Positions 1-8,562 of a DNA stretch of 64,000 bases are shown in pieces; within the stretch, counting starts at the first letter, position 1, and each line of letters starts with the position of its first letter. A program made the translations under genes and the position numbers. Origin of the DNA: Desulfatiglandales bacterium (GTDB lineage: Bacteria; Desulfobacterota; DSM-4660; Desulfatiglandales; HGW-15); assembly GCA_963667015.2 (NCBI GenBank), contig CAXXJJ010000001.1:2624001-2688000 (forward strand), in the 5' to 3' direction. Under the pieces are notes generated by a model that saw nothing but the letters and a program-made list of their open reading frames with translations, did no database searches and was not told the origin of the DNA.

Positions 1-279
1 GCGGATATAATTGGTACAAATTGCGGAAATGGCATAGATGGAATGATAGATATTGTCAGCGAGATAAGGAAGATTGATAAAAGAACTCCTGTGCTTGTGC
101 AGGCTAATGCCGGTCTCCCGGTGTTTAAAAACGGACAGACAGTTTTTAAGGAGACTCCGGAACAGATGGCTGAAAAAGCTGCTGCGCTTATAGCTGCTGG
201 CGCAAATATTATTGGAGGATGTTGCGGAACAACCCCTGATCATATCAGGGAGATAGTAAAGGCAGTTAATATTCATTAA
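1..279 (+). CDS. Homocysteine S-methyltransferase family protein (MetH Hcy-binding domain-like), 3' part only; gene begins upstream of the window
   Basis: Frame +1 is open from base 1: ADIIGTNCGNG...ANAGLP...IIGGCCGTTPDHI. These are the Zn-binding GxNC and GGCC motifs of the family. Confidence 0.9.
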   Translation, partial: ADIIGTNCGNGIDGMIDIVSEIRKIDKRTPVLVQANAGLPVFKNGQTVFKETPEQMAEKAAALIAAGANIIGGCCGTTPDHIREIVKAVNIH

Positions 280-302
280 ATAAAAATATTGAAATATTAG
301 TT

Positions 303-484
303 TTTCAGGCGCTTGTAAAAGAGCTTAATCGGGAATCCTGTGAAAATCAGGAACGGGCCCGCCGCTGTAATCCTGCCCTTTTTTAAAAGGGAACCCTTTC
401 AGCAAATGGGTACCACTGTTCTTTTAATCAAAGAATGGGAAGGTAGCTGAAGGGGCGGGGAAGTCAGAAGACCTGCCTGAAAAT
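303..484 (+). ncRNA. Cobalamin (AdoCbl) riboswitch 1
   Basis: AGGCGC..TAATCGGGAA..GTGAAAATC..CCCGCCGCTGTAA..CCACTG..TGGGAAGG..B12 box AAGTCAGAAGACCTGCC; P1 TTTTCAGG pairs with CCTGAAAA. Confidence 0.93.
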
Positions 485-547
485 GATAAAAGGTAAAAGC
501 CGCGTGGACCACGGCAGGCCTTGACGATAAAACAGGATAGTTTTGGG

Positions 548-590
548 AAATCCCGTGCCGTTTAATACAGGTTCGGGATTTTTTATTTTT
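548..590 (+). terminator. Intrinsic terminator, expression platform of riboswitch 1
   Basis: AAATCCCG...CGGGATTT stem followed by TTTTATTTTT. Confidence 0.7.
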
Positions 591-748
591 GGGGCTGACA
601 ATTTTATGCTCATGTCGAGGATAAATGCCTGTCTGCGTGAGAAAGATATTAAGACTTTTTATCCAGGACCATAGGTTTATGGATGAATTCTGTTTGATCA
701 ATCAGGTCAAACATACAATTAATTAAATATTAAAAGGAGTATTTTAAA

Positions 749-2287
749 ATGATTATAAAAGCATCAGATGTAAAACTCAATGTTCGACCGGTCTGTCTTG
801 GTGTAGAGCATCTTTATTATTATGAGGGACCTTGCAGGTTTGGTAAAGGCGAGGTGCTGGAGCCGGGTTATGACCGTCTGGCAAACGAACAGCTGCACCA
901 GGCCTTTCTCTCCAGTTTAAAAGAATGCGCATCAGAAGGTATTAGCCTTCTTCCTCCATTACGAGCAGGACGTACTGACGACTGGGAAAATAAGGAAGAG
1001 ATGTGGAATGCCTTAACAGAAGGAATGCAGGATACTGATCTATATGTATTTTTTGCAAATATAGCAGTGGACGATATTGTCGTAGAGTTTGCAAGCCGGT
1101 TTGGCAAGCCACTGATGATTTCACCGACTTCAAATTTTTCCGTAACAACTGACGTGGCTGCTATTCGTGCAAAGATGCCGGATTACCCTGTTTATGCGGA
1201 ATGTACCTGGAAGGGGGTATCAATGATAATGGATGCACTGCGTGCAAAAAAAGTCCTTGCCTGTACACGTATCCTGCTCGCCACCCGATTCGGTTCTACC
1301 ACATCTTACAGCAGCGTGGATTCCTTTAACTCCTATGATGCCATTACAGCAAGATTTGGAACACGTTTTCGCTTCATCAACATACATGAATTAATCGACC
1401 AGATGTCTCCTGCCTTACCGGAGGGCAACCCCACAACTCCGGGGCGTAAAACCCCTGATCTGACAGATGATGACATGAAAGAGGTAAATCGCCTGGCTGA
1501 TGAAATGTTGGGAGGCGCAAAGGATGTGGATGTCTCCCGTGAACATCTTGTGAAGACCCTTATCCCCTATGTGACTGTAAAAAAGAATCTGGATCTCAAG
1601 GATTGTAACGGCTTTTCAGTGCCATGTCCTGATGTCTGCTCTACACGCAGGCATGATAAAGAACAGTTTACTTTCTGTCTGACACACTCTCTTCTGATGG
1701 AAGAAGGTATCCCTTCGGCCTGTGAGTTCGATGTTAACAGTGTTCTTTCACAGCAGACACTGATTGCAGTATCCGGCAAATCTCCCTATATGGGCAATAC
1801 TAGCCCGATGCCCTTTGTTGATGGCAAGTTTATGGAAATGTGGGGGCCCACAGAAGAAAATAGAAAAGTTCTTGCAGAACATAAGGACCGGGACAATATT
1901 TACTTTATGCAGCATTCTGTTCCAAACCGAAGTCTGCGGGACCCTGAAAAAAAAGGAGAATACGGGGTTCGACACTTCGCCTATGATAAAAAATTCTCAG
2001 CAGTCCTGAGGTATGATTTTAATCAGGACATAGGTCAGACCATAACTTTATGCAGGTATTCGCCTGACGGAAGCAAACTTATGATAGGTAAAGGTACCAT
2101 AGTTGGCGGCGGCGGTTATGAATTAAACAACTGTAATACCCATGTTCTGTTCAGTGTAGCGGATCAGGAGAAATTTTTTAAAAAGCAGTCTCTGGTTGGT
2201 AATCACATGGCAATGGTATATGGCGATTATACCAAAGAATTGGAGAGACTTGGAGAAATACTGGGTCTTGAAATCCTGAAGGCCTAG
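749..2287 (+). CDS. L-fucose/L-arabinose isomerase-family protein (function unclear)
   Basis: 512 aa; RBS AAAGGAG; family-like motifs GIPSACEFD, MQHS and C-terminal GNHMAMVYGDY. Confidence 0.65.
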   Translation: MIIKASDVKLNVRPVCLGVEHLYYYEGPCRFGKGEVLEPGYDRLANEQLHQAFLSSLKECASEGISLLPPLRAGRTDDWENKEEMWNALTEGMQDTDLYVFFANIAVDDIVVEFASRFGKPLMISPTSNFSVTTDVAAIRAKMPDYPVYAECTWKGVSMIMDALRAKKVLACTRILLATRFGSTTSYSSVDSFNSYDAITARFGTRFRFINIHELIDQMSPALPEGNPTTPGRKTPDLTDDDMKEVNRLADEMLGGAKDVDVSREHLVKTLIPYVTVKKNLDLKDCNGFSVPCPDVCSTRRHDKEQFTFCLTHSLLMEEGIPSACEFDVNSVLSQQTLIAVSGKSPYMGNTSPMPFVDGKFMEMWGPTEENRKVLAEHKDRDNIYFMQHSVPNRSLRDPEKKGEYGVRHFAYDKKFSAVLRYDFNQDIGQTITLCRYSPDGSKLMIGKGTIVGGGGYELNNCNTHVLFSVADQEKFFKKQSLVGNHMAMVYGDYTKELERLGEILGLEILKA

Positions 2288-2302
2288 CCGAAAAAGGAAA
2301 TT

Positions 2303-2746
2303 GTGATGGAACAAAAAGAACGTATAAGGGAAATGCTTCTCGAAGCACAGAAGAAGGCTGCTGAGCATGTACTGCTTATTAAAGAACGGGTACCTCTGAG
2401 CAAAGAATATTTACACAGGTCGCTTCGGGATTATATCCTGTGCAAGTTTATGCTGGAGGAGGAAGAATGTACCAGCGATAACCTGGATGAGATTACAGAA
2501 ATCAGCCTGGCAAAAAGCGCAGGCATATCAAAGGAACTGGTCAAGGACCTTGATATTGCAAAGACATGCAGTGGCGGCAGTTCAGCCATGACTAAAAAGG
2601 TGCTGCTTTTGCTGGCTATCCAGAAGGATTTTGCTGTGTATCTTCCTACCGAAGGAACCGGTAATGTCAGAACACTACCGGATTTATCAGAACTTGTATG
2701 GGATGCGATGAGTGAAAAGGAATCCTGGAAAAACGTTCTTGAGTAA
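2303..2746 (+). CDS. Hypothetical protein with acyl-carrier-protein-like C-terminal half
   Basis: 147 aa; RBS AAGGA; LLLAIQKDFAVYLP...VRTLPDLSELV resembles ACP helices II-IV. Confidence 0.65.
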   Translation: MMEQKERIREMLLEAQKKAAEHVLLIKERVPLSKEYLHRSLRDYILCKFMLEEEECTSDNLDEITEISLAKSAGISKELVKDLDIAKTCSGGSSAMTKKVLLLLAIQKDFAVYLPTEGTGNVRTLPDLSELVWDAMSEKESWKNVLE

Positions 2747-2754
2747 TAATTGAA

Positions 2755-2856
2755 GCTCATCCGGAAAGAGAAAAACCGGACTGGGCTTTCAGCGTTCAGC
2801 TATCAGCCATCAGCTAAAAATATGTTGTAAAAGCTGAACGGTGATGGCTGAACGCT
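2755..2856 (-). repeat. Heptamer (GCTGAnA)-rich structured repeat, copy A (reverse orientation)
   Basis: CATCCGGAAAGAGAAAAACCGGACTGGGCTTTCAGCGTTCAGCTATCAGCCATCAGCTAAA aligns with the reverse complement of about 5095-5165. Confidence 0.75.
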
Positions 2857-2897
2857 TCTATCAAATGAAAATAGCTTTTTGGGTGCATTTTATTAAA

Positions 2898-4127
2898 ATG
2901 ATTAAAAATATAGAAAAGATACGTTCGGATTTTCCAATCCTGCGGAAAGAAATACATGGAAAACAGCTAATATACCTTGATAACGCAGCTACCACACAAA
3001 TTCCCCTGCAGGTTCTGGAGACCACAGAGGCTCATTACTGGAATCATAACGCCAATATTCACAGGGGGATACATTTTTTAAGTGAATCATCAACCTACAG
3101 GATCGAGCATGCAAGATATGTAATAAAGGAGTTTATAGGCGCTAGGGATACAAGGGAAGTTATCTTCACAAGCGGTACGACACAGTCCATAAATATTGTT
3201 GCGGGCAGTTACCGTGAAACACTTTGTACCGGTGATGAAGTGATTGTGACCGAAATGGAACATCACTCAAACCTCTGCCCCTGGCAGAACGCGTGCAAAC
3301 GATCCGGTGCTACTTTGAAGATTATTCCTGTTGATGACAGCGGAAATCTTAAGATGGACGTGTACAAATCCCTGTTGTCCGAACGTACCAGGCTGGTGGC
3401 GGTAACATACTGCTCAAATGTCCTGGGGACAGTAAATCCTGTGCCGGAGATTATTCGACTTGCACATGAAAAGGGCGCCAGGGTGCTAATTGACGGGGCA
3501 CAGGTAATGCGTCACATCAATATGGATGTAAAAGATCTGGACTGTGATTATCTCTGTTTTTCGGGACATAAAATCATGGGACCATACGGCACCGGCGTAT
3601 TATATGGAAAGCGTGAAGCCCTTGAGCAGTTGCAGCCTGTAAACTATGGCGGCGGCATGATAGATACTGTTACAGACAAAGAAACAGTTGCCGGAGAATT
3701 GCCCTTTAAGCTTGAGGCCGGAACCATAAATATTTCTGCCATAATAGGGCTTGAGTCAGCTATTCAATATCTGAAAGAGTTAGGTATTGATAAGGTGGCC
3801 AGTTATGAAAATAGACTTTTAGCATATGCGGAAGTCATGCTCCGCGAGATACATGGTGTGCATGTTCTGGGTTCTCCATCCGAAAGGGCAGGGGTCCTGA
3901 GCTTTGAGCTGGATGAATTTCATTATTATGATACTGCCGCGATGCTGGATAAACTTGGTATAGCCGTCAGGTCCGGGAACCTCTGCGCCCAGCCCCTGAT
4001 GTCCAGGTTCGGCCTGTCCGGTGTAGTGCGAATGTCGCCTGCCTTTTATAACACGGAAGGCGAAATAGAAAGCTTTGTGAACGGAATTGAAAGGATTATA
4101 TCAATTAGCGCGAGGAAGATAGCATGA
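2898..4127 (+). CDS. sufS: SufS-type (group II) cysteine desulfurase
   Basis: IRSDFPIL, YLDNAATTQ, MEHHSN, PLP-lysine SGHK, catalytic RSGNLCAQP. Start moved to ATG 2898 because the longer ORF start lies inside repeat copy A. Confidence 0.92.
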   Translation: MIKNIEKIRSDFPILRKEIHGKQLIYLDNAATTQIPLQVLETTEAHYWNHNANIHRGIHFLSESSTYRIEHARYVIKEFIGARDTREVIFTSGTTQSINIVAGSYRETLCTGDEVIVTEMEHHSNLCPWQNACKRSGATLKIIPVDDSGNLKMDVYKSLLSERTRLVAVTYCSNVLGTVNPVPEIIRLAHEKGARVLIDGAQVMRHINMDVKDLDCDYLCFSGHKIMGPYGTGVLYGKREALEQLQPVNYGGGMIDTVTDKETVAGELPFKLEAGTINISAIIGLESAIQYLKELGIDKVASYENRLLAYAEVMLREIHGVHVLGSPSERAGVLSFELDEFHYYDTAAMLDKLGIAVRSGNLCAQPLMSRFGLSGVVRMSPAFYNTEGEIESFVNGIERIISISARKIA

Positions 4128-4573
4128 AAGGCATAAAGGAAAAGCAGGATGAAATAGTTGCTGATTTTGAAGCTATGGACGACGATTTTCTTAAATACTT
4201 ATACCTTGTTGAACTTTCGACCATGCTGCAATCTATGGATGAGTCATTAAAAAACGATTCAAATCTGGTAAAGGGATGCCAGTCCAGTGTATGGATCGAT
4301 ATTAAAATTTCGGAAGGGCGCATATATTTTGATGCTGACAGCGATACCATGATTGTAAAAGGTGTTTTGTACCTGCTAAAAGAAGTATTGTCCGGACAGG
4401 ATATAAAGGATGTTTCAGAGACAGATATAGATTTTCTTCAGCGGGCGAATATCATGGCTACCTTTGGAAGTGACAGGCAAAAGGGTATAGGTTTTGTGAT
4501 AGGGACGCTTAAGGATAAAACCCGTTCTTTTGCATTAAAAAACACTGAATTTGTTGGCAACATTAAAGCTTAA
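4124..4573 (+). CDS. sufE: SufE-family sulfur acceptor
   Basis: NLVKGCQSSVW motif and DADSD..IVKG; 4-nt overlap with sufS. Confidence 0.92.
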   Translation: MKGIKEKQDEIVADFEAMDDDFLKYLYLVELSTMLQSMDESLKNDSNLVKGCQSSVWIDIKISEGRIYFDADSDTMIVKGVLYLLKEVLSGQDIKDVSETDIDFLQRANIMATFGSDRQKGIGFVIGTLKDKTRSFALKNTEFVGNIKA

Positions 4574-4716
4574 AAACGGAAAGGTTAAGACCGGGCTTTT
4601 ACCCATGAAATTCCGGGGGAATATGAAGCTGTTGAACGAGGCACATAATAAAGACTATACCGGTGTGTACAAAGGGTAATAAAAGTTATTCTGTATATGA
4701 AATAAGGAGGATTAAA

Positions 4717-4974
4717 ATGGCGATATCAGGATTAGAGATATTTAAAATTCTTCCAAAAACCAATTGCGGGGAGTGTGGGCAATCTACATGTCTTGCCTTT
4801 GCCATGAATCTTTCTGCCGGCAAAACATATGTTTCAGCATGTCCCTATGTTTCTGAAGAGGCAAAGAGTGCGCTTGCTGAATCAGCGCGCCCTCCCATAA
4901 AAACCGTTACAATCGGCGCGGGGGATTATGCTGTTAATATTGGGGGAGAAAGAAGTCTTTTTCGGCTCTTATAA
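4717..4974 (+). pseudogene. acsC: Truncated corrinoid Fe-S protein large subunit (AcsC/CdhE), N-terminal [4Fe-4S] domain only
   Basis: AGGAGG RBS; MAISGLEIFKILPKTNCGECGQSTCLAFAM...CPYVS...PPIKTVTIG...IGGE..LFR then TAA after 85 aa; full-length AcsC is about 450 aa. Confidence 0.8.
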
Positions 4975-5007
4975 AAGGCTTTTTGACCAGGTTTGCATCA
5001 CATTAAC

Positions 5008-5171
5008 TAGTGCCCATCCAAAAACTGTCGTTTTTGAATAGCCGCGGTCAGCTGTCAGCGTTCAGCTTTTGGCTAAATGCTTTTAAAGCAGAGCTTTAGC
5101 TGACAGCTGACAGCTGATAGCTGAATGCTGAAAGCTCCATCCGGATTTTTGTTATTTCTGGATGGACACTA
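5008..5171 (+). mobile_element. MITE/REP-like non-autonomous structured element, copy B
   Basis: Imperfect 17-bp terminal inverted repeats TAGTGCCCATCCAAAAA / TTTCTGGATGGACACTA; internal complementary heptamer arrays (TCAGCTG.. / ..AGCTGAC). Confidence 0.6.
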
Positions 5172-5201
5172 ACTATAAAAGTATCATTATAGGAGGGAAG
5201 T

Positions 5202-6200
5202 ATGGGGACCAAGTTACTCAATAAAAAAGATATATTCCTTATTATTTCCGGCATTATTATAGCGGTGTTATTGGTAATAGTTATTCTGCAGAATGTTCGC
5301 ATTAATGGCTTAAAAAAGGGATTAAGCGAAGCAATCTTAGCTGAAAAAAATCGTTTTGTGATGAGCTCCAAAACACCTGAAGTAAAGTACCTTAAAGGAA
5401 AAGAATCAGGCGTAAATGTCGGTAGCCTTTCTTCTGAAAAAAAAGGACTACAGGAAAATGATTATGACTATCCTGAGAAGATAAAAAGACTTGAATCCAG
5501 GATCAATGATATGCAGGAATGGCAGGATTTCCTGGAAGGAACTTTGAATAAACAAGACAGGAAAGCCCAAGAACGAGACAATATAATTTTCAATGCACGA
5601 AAGACATTTATTTCGTCACGCCTTGAACCGTTTGCCGAACATACCAACCTGTCATCTTCCATTTTAGAAAAACTAATCAACCTGCGCGTTGAAGAGCAGC
5701 AGGATATTGCTGATTTAAACACTGAAAATCTACTGCCACAGGATCGGATGAGGGAAATAGAAAAAATACGATCACACTATGATGAAAAAATATCACAGAT
5801 ATTATCAGAAGATGATTACGCTGCCTACAGGGAATATCAGAAAACTGAAAACGAGTGGGGAGTGATAAATCAGATTAAAAAAGATCCTGTGTTTAATGAT
5901 ATTAAGCTTGAAAAATATCAGGAGGAGCAACTGGTCGCTGCTATGTATGAAGATAGGCAGGCCATGATACCATTGCACAAGGAAAAAGTAACACAAAATG
6001 GTGGTTATGAGGAGCAGTCAGAAGAAGATAAACTGAAAAACAGTCTGGAATATCAAAAGCCCTTATATGAGAGGTATATTGAATCTGCTGAAAGTATATT
6101 GTCGGATGCCCAGCTACAGACATTTAAAAAATATTTTGATAACCAAATCTACATGCTTGAAAAAGCAATAGCCAGCAGGACCGAAAGAACAGATGAGTGA
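5202..6200 (+). CDS. Hypothetical membrane-anchored, helical/coiled-coil protein
   Basis: 332 aa; RBS AGGAGG; one N-terminal TM segment (IFLIISGIIIAVLLVIVIL); E/K/Q-rich. Confidence 0.75.
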   Translation: MGTKLLNKKDIFLIISGIIIAVLLVIVILQNVRINGLKKGLSEAILAEKNRFVMSSKTPEVKYLKGKESGVNVGSLSSEKKGLQENDYDYPEKIKRLESRINDMQEWQDFLEGTLNKQDRKAQERDNIIFNARKTFISSRLEPFAEHTNLSSSILEKLINLRVEEQQDIADLNTENLLPQDRMREIEKIRSHYDEKISQILSEDDYAAYREYQKTENEWGVINQIKKDPVFNDIKLEKYQEEQLVAAMYEDRQAMIPLHKEKVTQNGGYEEQSEEDKLKNSLEYQKPLYERYIESAESILSDAQLQTFKKYFDNQIYMLEKAIASRTERTDE

Positions 6201-6438
6201 ATTAGGTGTTGAGGGAGGCTTTTTAGACTTCGCTATGATTGTCAAAGTTCGTAAATGATAATAATGAATTAAGCCGGAGATATCAAATGCAGAGACTTTT
6301 AAATACTATTTTGATTATGCGATAAAAATGCGCATAAAAGGGAAATGAGTAGAGGCAGCTTACCTGCAATTTCTTGACTGATCCAATATCAATGAATTCC
6401 GGTACAACCATGCCAAAACGCATGATATAGAACTCACT

Positions 6439-7872
6439 ATGGATGCTATTATATTAACTATAGACCAGATGCAGGGATTTGTTCCCAAGACAGTTATTGT
6501 TATGTTTTTTTCCATGACAATAACATTTTTCATTATTAAACACGGGTTTCTAGATTATCTTGGTAAAATAAGCAGGCCGATAACATACTTTTTAAAGCTC
6601 CCTGAACAGGCTGCGGTTACAACCATGCTGGCCTTCGGCTCTGCACTGAGCGCAAACATCATGCTCGCGGAGTTTCTCAGGGAAAGGATAATAAATGAGG
6701 ATGATGCATACCTGGGGGCACTTTTAAACGGGACCTCTGTAACAATAAAGGAGATATTCACCTATCAGATCCCGATAATTCTCCCGATACTGGGCCTTAA
6801 GGCAGGGATTATTTACCTGTGCTGCTTTATCTCATCAGCATTACTCAAGTATTTTTATATATACTTTTTTTATCGATTCGGAAAAAGGCATGAAGACATT
6901 CAGGACGACTACATAGAGAAGGAAGAAAAAAAGAACCATCCGGAAGTTAAGTTTAAGAGACAGATGATAACATTCATCAGGCTGATCTCTGTCTATATAC
7001 TGGTTACATTTATTATCCTGACTGCCATGAATGCCGGATTGACAGGGTATTTTGAAATGGCAGTAAAGCCCATAAACAAACTTCTCGGAATGCCTTTGAT
7101 TCTGGCTGTTCCTGTATCCATATTTATCTTCAGCCCTATAGCCGGCGTCTCTGCCATAGGATCTCTTGTAACAAATAATTCCATTACGGATATAGATGCC
7201 GCACTTGCTATTGTGGTTGGAAGCTTTATTATGATTCCCATCTATACATTACGGGGCAATCTTTCACGTACAACCTCGATATTCGGGAGAAAACTGGGTC
7301 TTAAAATTGTTACGACTTCCATGTCCCTTACAATGCTGTCGAGGTTCTTGTTCATTATTGGAATTCAGTTATACAAAGGAGTGAAAGAGATGAGACTTTT
7401 TATTGCCGTATGTATTGTTCTTTATGTTATGAGCACCACAGTAGTATGGTCACATGGTACACTGGGAAGTGTGGTTGAGTCAGAGACTTATCTTGTAACT
7501 GCAGAATATGATGATGGCGAGCCAATGAACTATGCAGAAATAAATATTACAGCACCGGGTCTGGATGTACCGTTTCAGACCGGCCGTACGGATCTGCTTG
7601 GTCATTTTTCATTTAAGCCCGACAGGCCGGGAAAATGGGCGATTGAAGTACTCGATGGTGAAGGGCATCGCCTTGCACTTGATTTGACAGTGGATGATGA
7701 TTTCAAAGTAAATGAGTATGATAACACTACAGGTGTTGTATACGGTGGTAATAAATTCGTAAAGGCAATTACCGGCATATCACTTATTTTCGGTATGGCA
7801 GGGGTATTATACGGATGGAAAGCAAGGCGTTTTATAAATCATGTGCAAGAAAAGGGCGTCAGAAAAATATAA
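6439..7872 (+). CDS. Gate (nucleoside-recognition)-domain membrane protein fused in frame to a CbiL/DUF4198-like metal-transport accessory protein
   Basis: N-terminal ~317 aa is polytopic with a two-fold internal repeat. From ATG 7390: signal peptide, then SHG, YDDGEP, GRTDLLGHFSFKPD, DGEGH and a C-terminal TM. Confidence 0.65.
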   Translation: MDAIILTIDQMQGFVPKTVIVMFFSMTITFFIIKHGFLDYLGKISRPITYFLKLPEQAAVTTMLAFGSALSANIMLAEFLRERIINEDDAYLGALLNGTSVTIKEIFTYQIPIILPILGLKAGIIYLCCFISSALLKYFYIYFFYRFGKRHEDIQDDYIEKEEKKNHPEVKFKRQMITFIRLISVYILVTFIILTAMNAGLTGYFEMAVKPINKLLGMPLILAVPVSIFIFSPIAGVSAIGSLVTNNSITDIDAALAIVVGSFIMIPIYTLRGNLSRTTSIFGRKLGLKIVTTSMSLTMLSRFLFIIGIQLYKGVKEMRLFIAVCIVLYVMSTTVVWSHGTLGSVVESETYLVTAEYDDGEPMNYAEINITAPGLDVPFQTGRTDLLGHFSFKPDRPGKWAIEVLDGEGHRLALDLTVDDDFKVNEYDNTTGVVYGGNKFVKAITGISLIFGMAGVLYGWKARRFINHVQEKGVRKI

Positions 7873-7889
7873 AGCGGTAAAATGAAATA

Positions 7890-7933
7890 CCCCGCTGATC
7901 GTTTGGCCCGGGATATATTATACAGACAGCGGG
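7890..7933. terminator. Hairpin between convergent genes (possible terminator)
   Basis: CCCCGCTG...CAGCGGGG inverted repeat with a long loop between stops at 7872 and 7945. Confidence 0.4.
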
Positions 7934-7944
7934 GCGTTGGATAC

Positions 7945-8409
7945 TCAGGCGCTCATTAAAGAGCTTATCGGTATCTTTTTTTTAAAGATAGGTTTGTTTT
8001 TCTTAAGCAGTTTTGCCTTAATTTCCTCTTTCTTTTCCTTTCCATTAAGCTTGTATATTTTTTCGATAACATAGTACATATTAATGTCAAAGTCATTCAC
8101 GACAACCATGTCTAAGCCGGAAGAAATAGTGTAGCCTCTGCTGTAAATACCTATTGTCTGATCTAAAATCATTGAGTCCATGGGGTTGCGCAATATCAGG
8201 AGATAATATTCATTCAAGGTGGTTTCAATGATAATAGACTGTTTATCGACCTGTTCCCAGCTTGTTGTCTGAAATGTGGAGATTTGATTGACCGGTTCAA
8301 GATAAGCATCAAGGTTGTATTTTTCAGGAAGGATACTTGGTGTTGTGGCGCATGAAACCGCTAAAATTAAAAGAAAAAAAATGGATAAAAATTTTATTAT
8401 ACTTTTCAT
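7945..8409 (-). CDS. Lipoprotein (DUF6491-like)
   Basis: GGAGG RBS before ATG 8409; lipobox LAVSC; SWEQVDKQSIII...YYLLIL pattern. Confidence 0.7.
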   Translation of the reverse strand: MKSIIKFLSIFFLLILAVSCATTPSILPEKYNLDAYLEPVNQISTFQTTSWEQVDKQSIIIETTLNEYYLLILRNPMDSMILDQTIGIYSRGYTISSGLDMVVVNDFDINMYYVIEKIYKLNGKEKKEEIKAKLLKKNKPIFKKKIPISSLMSA

Positions 8410-8470
8410 TTTTCCACCTCCTTTTGGTTTATATCCAAAAACTGGTGTTATTATATGAAAGCGGGCAGTC

Positions 8471-8562
8471 TTTAGCTTACAGCATTCAGCAAAATATATT
8501 AAATGCAAAAATAAGGCTGACCGCTGATAGCTCCACCCAAAAATTAAGTTTTATTTGGGTGG
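8471..8562 (+). repeat. Heptamer-rich structured repeat, degenerate copy C
   Basis: TTTAGCTTACAGCATTCAGC...GCTGACCGCTGATAGCTCCACCCAAAA...TTTGGGTGGA has the same layout as copy B. Confidence 0.55.

Noticed and set aside
399..701. 100-aa minus-strand ORF
   Set aside because: Antisense to riboswitch 1 and its terminator; no recognisable motifs.
2841..2897. N-terminal extension of sufS in the ORF track
   Set aside because: Begins inside repeat copy A; SufS similarity starts at ATG 2898.
4972..5007. Possible recoding or frameshift continuation of acsC
   Set aside because: The stop is TAA, not TGA or TAG, and no AcsC-like sequence is visible in other frames before the repeat.
5040..5140. Heptamer arrays as a CRISPR array
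   Set aside because: Seven-base tandem units with no spacers and no cas genes.
5096..5371. 91-aa minus-strand ORF ending LSAFSYQLSAVS
   Set aside because: Antisense to 5202..6200; the tail is just the translated heptamer repeat.
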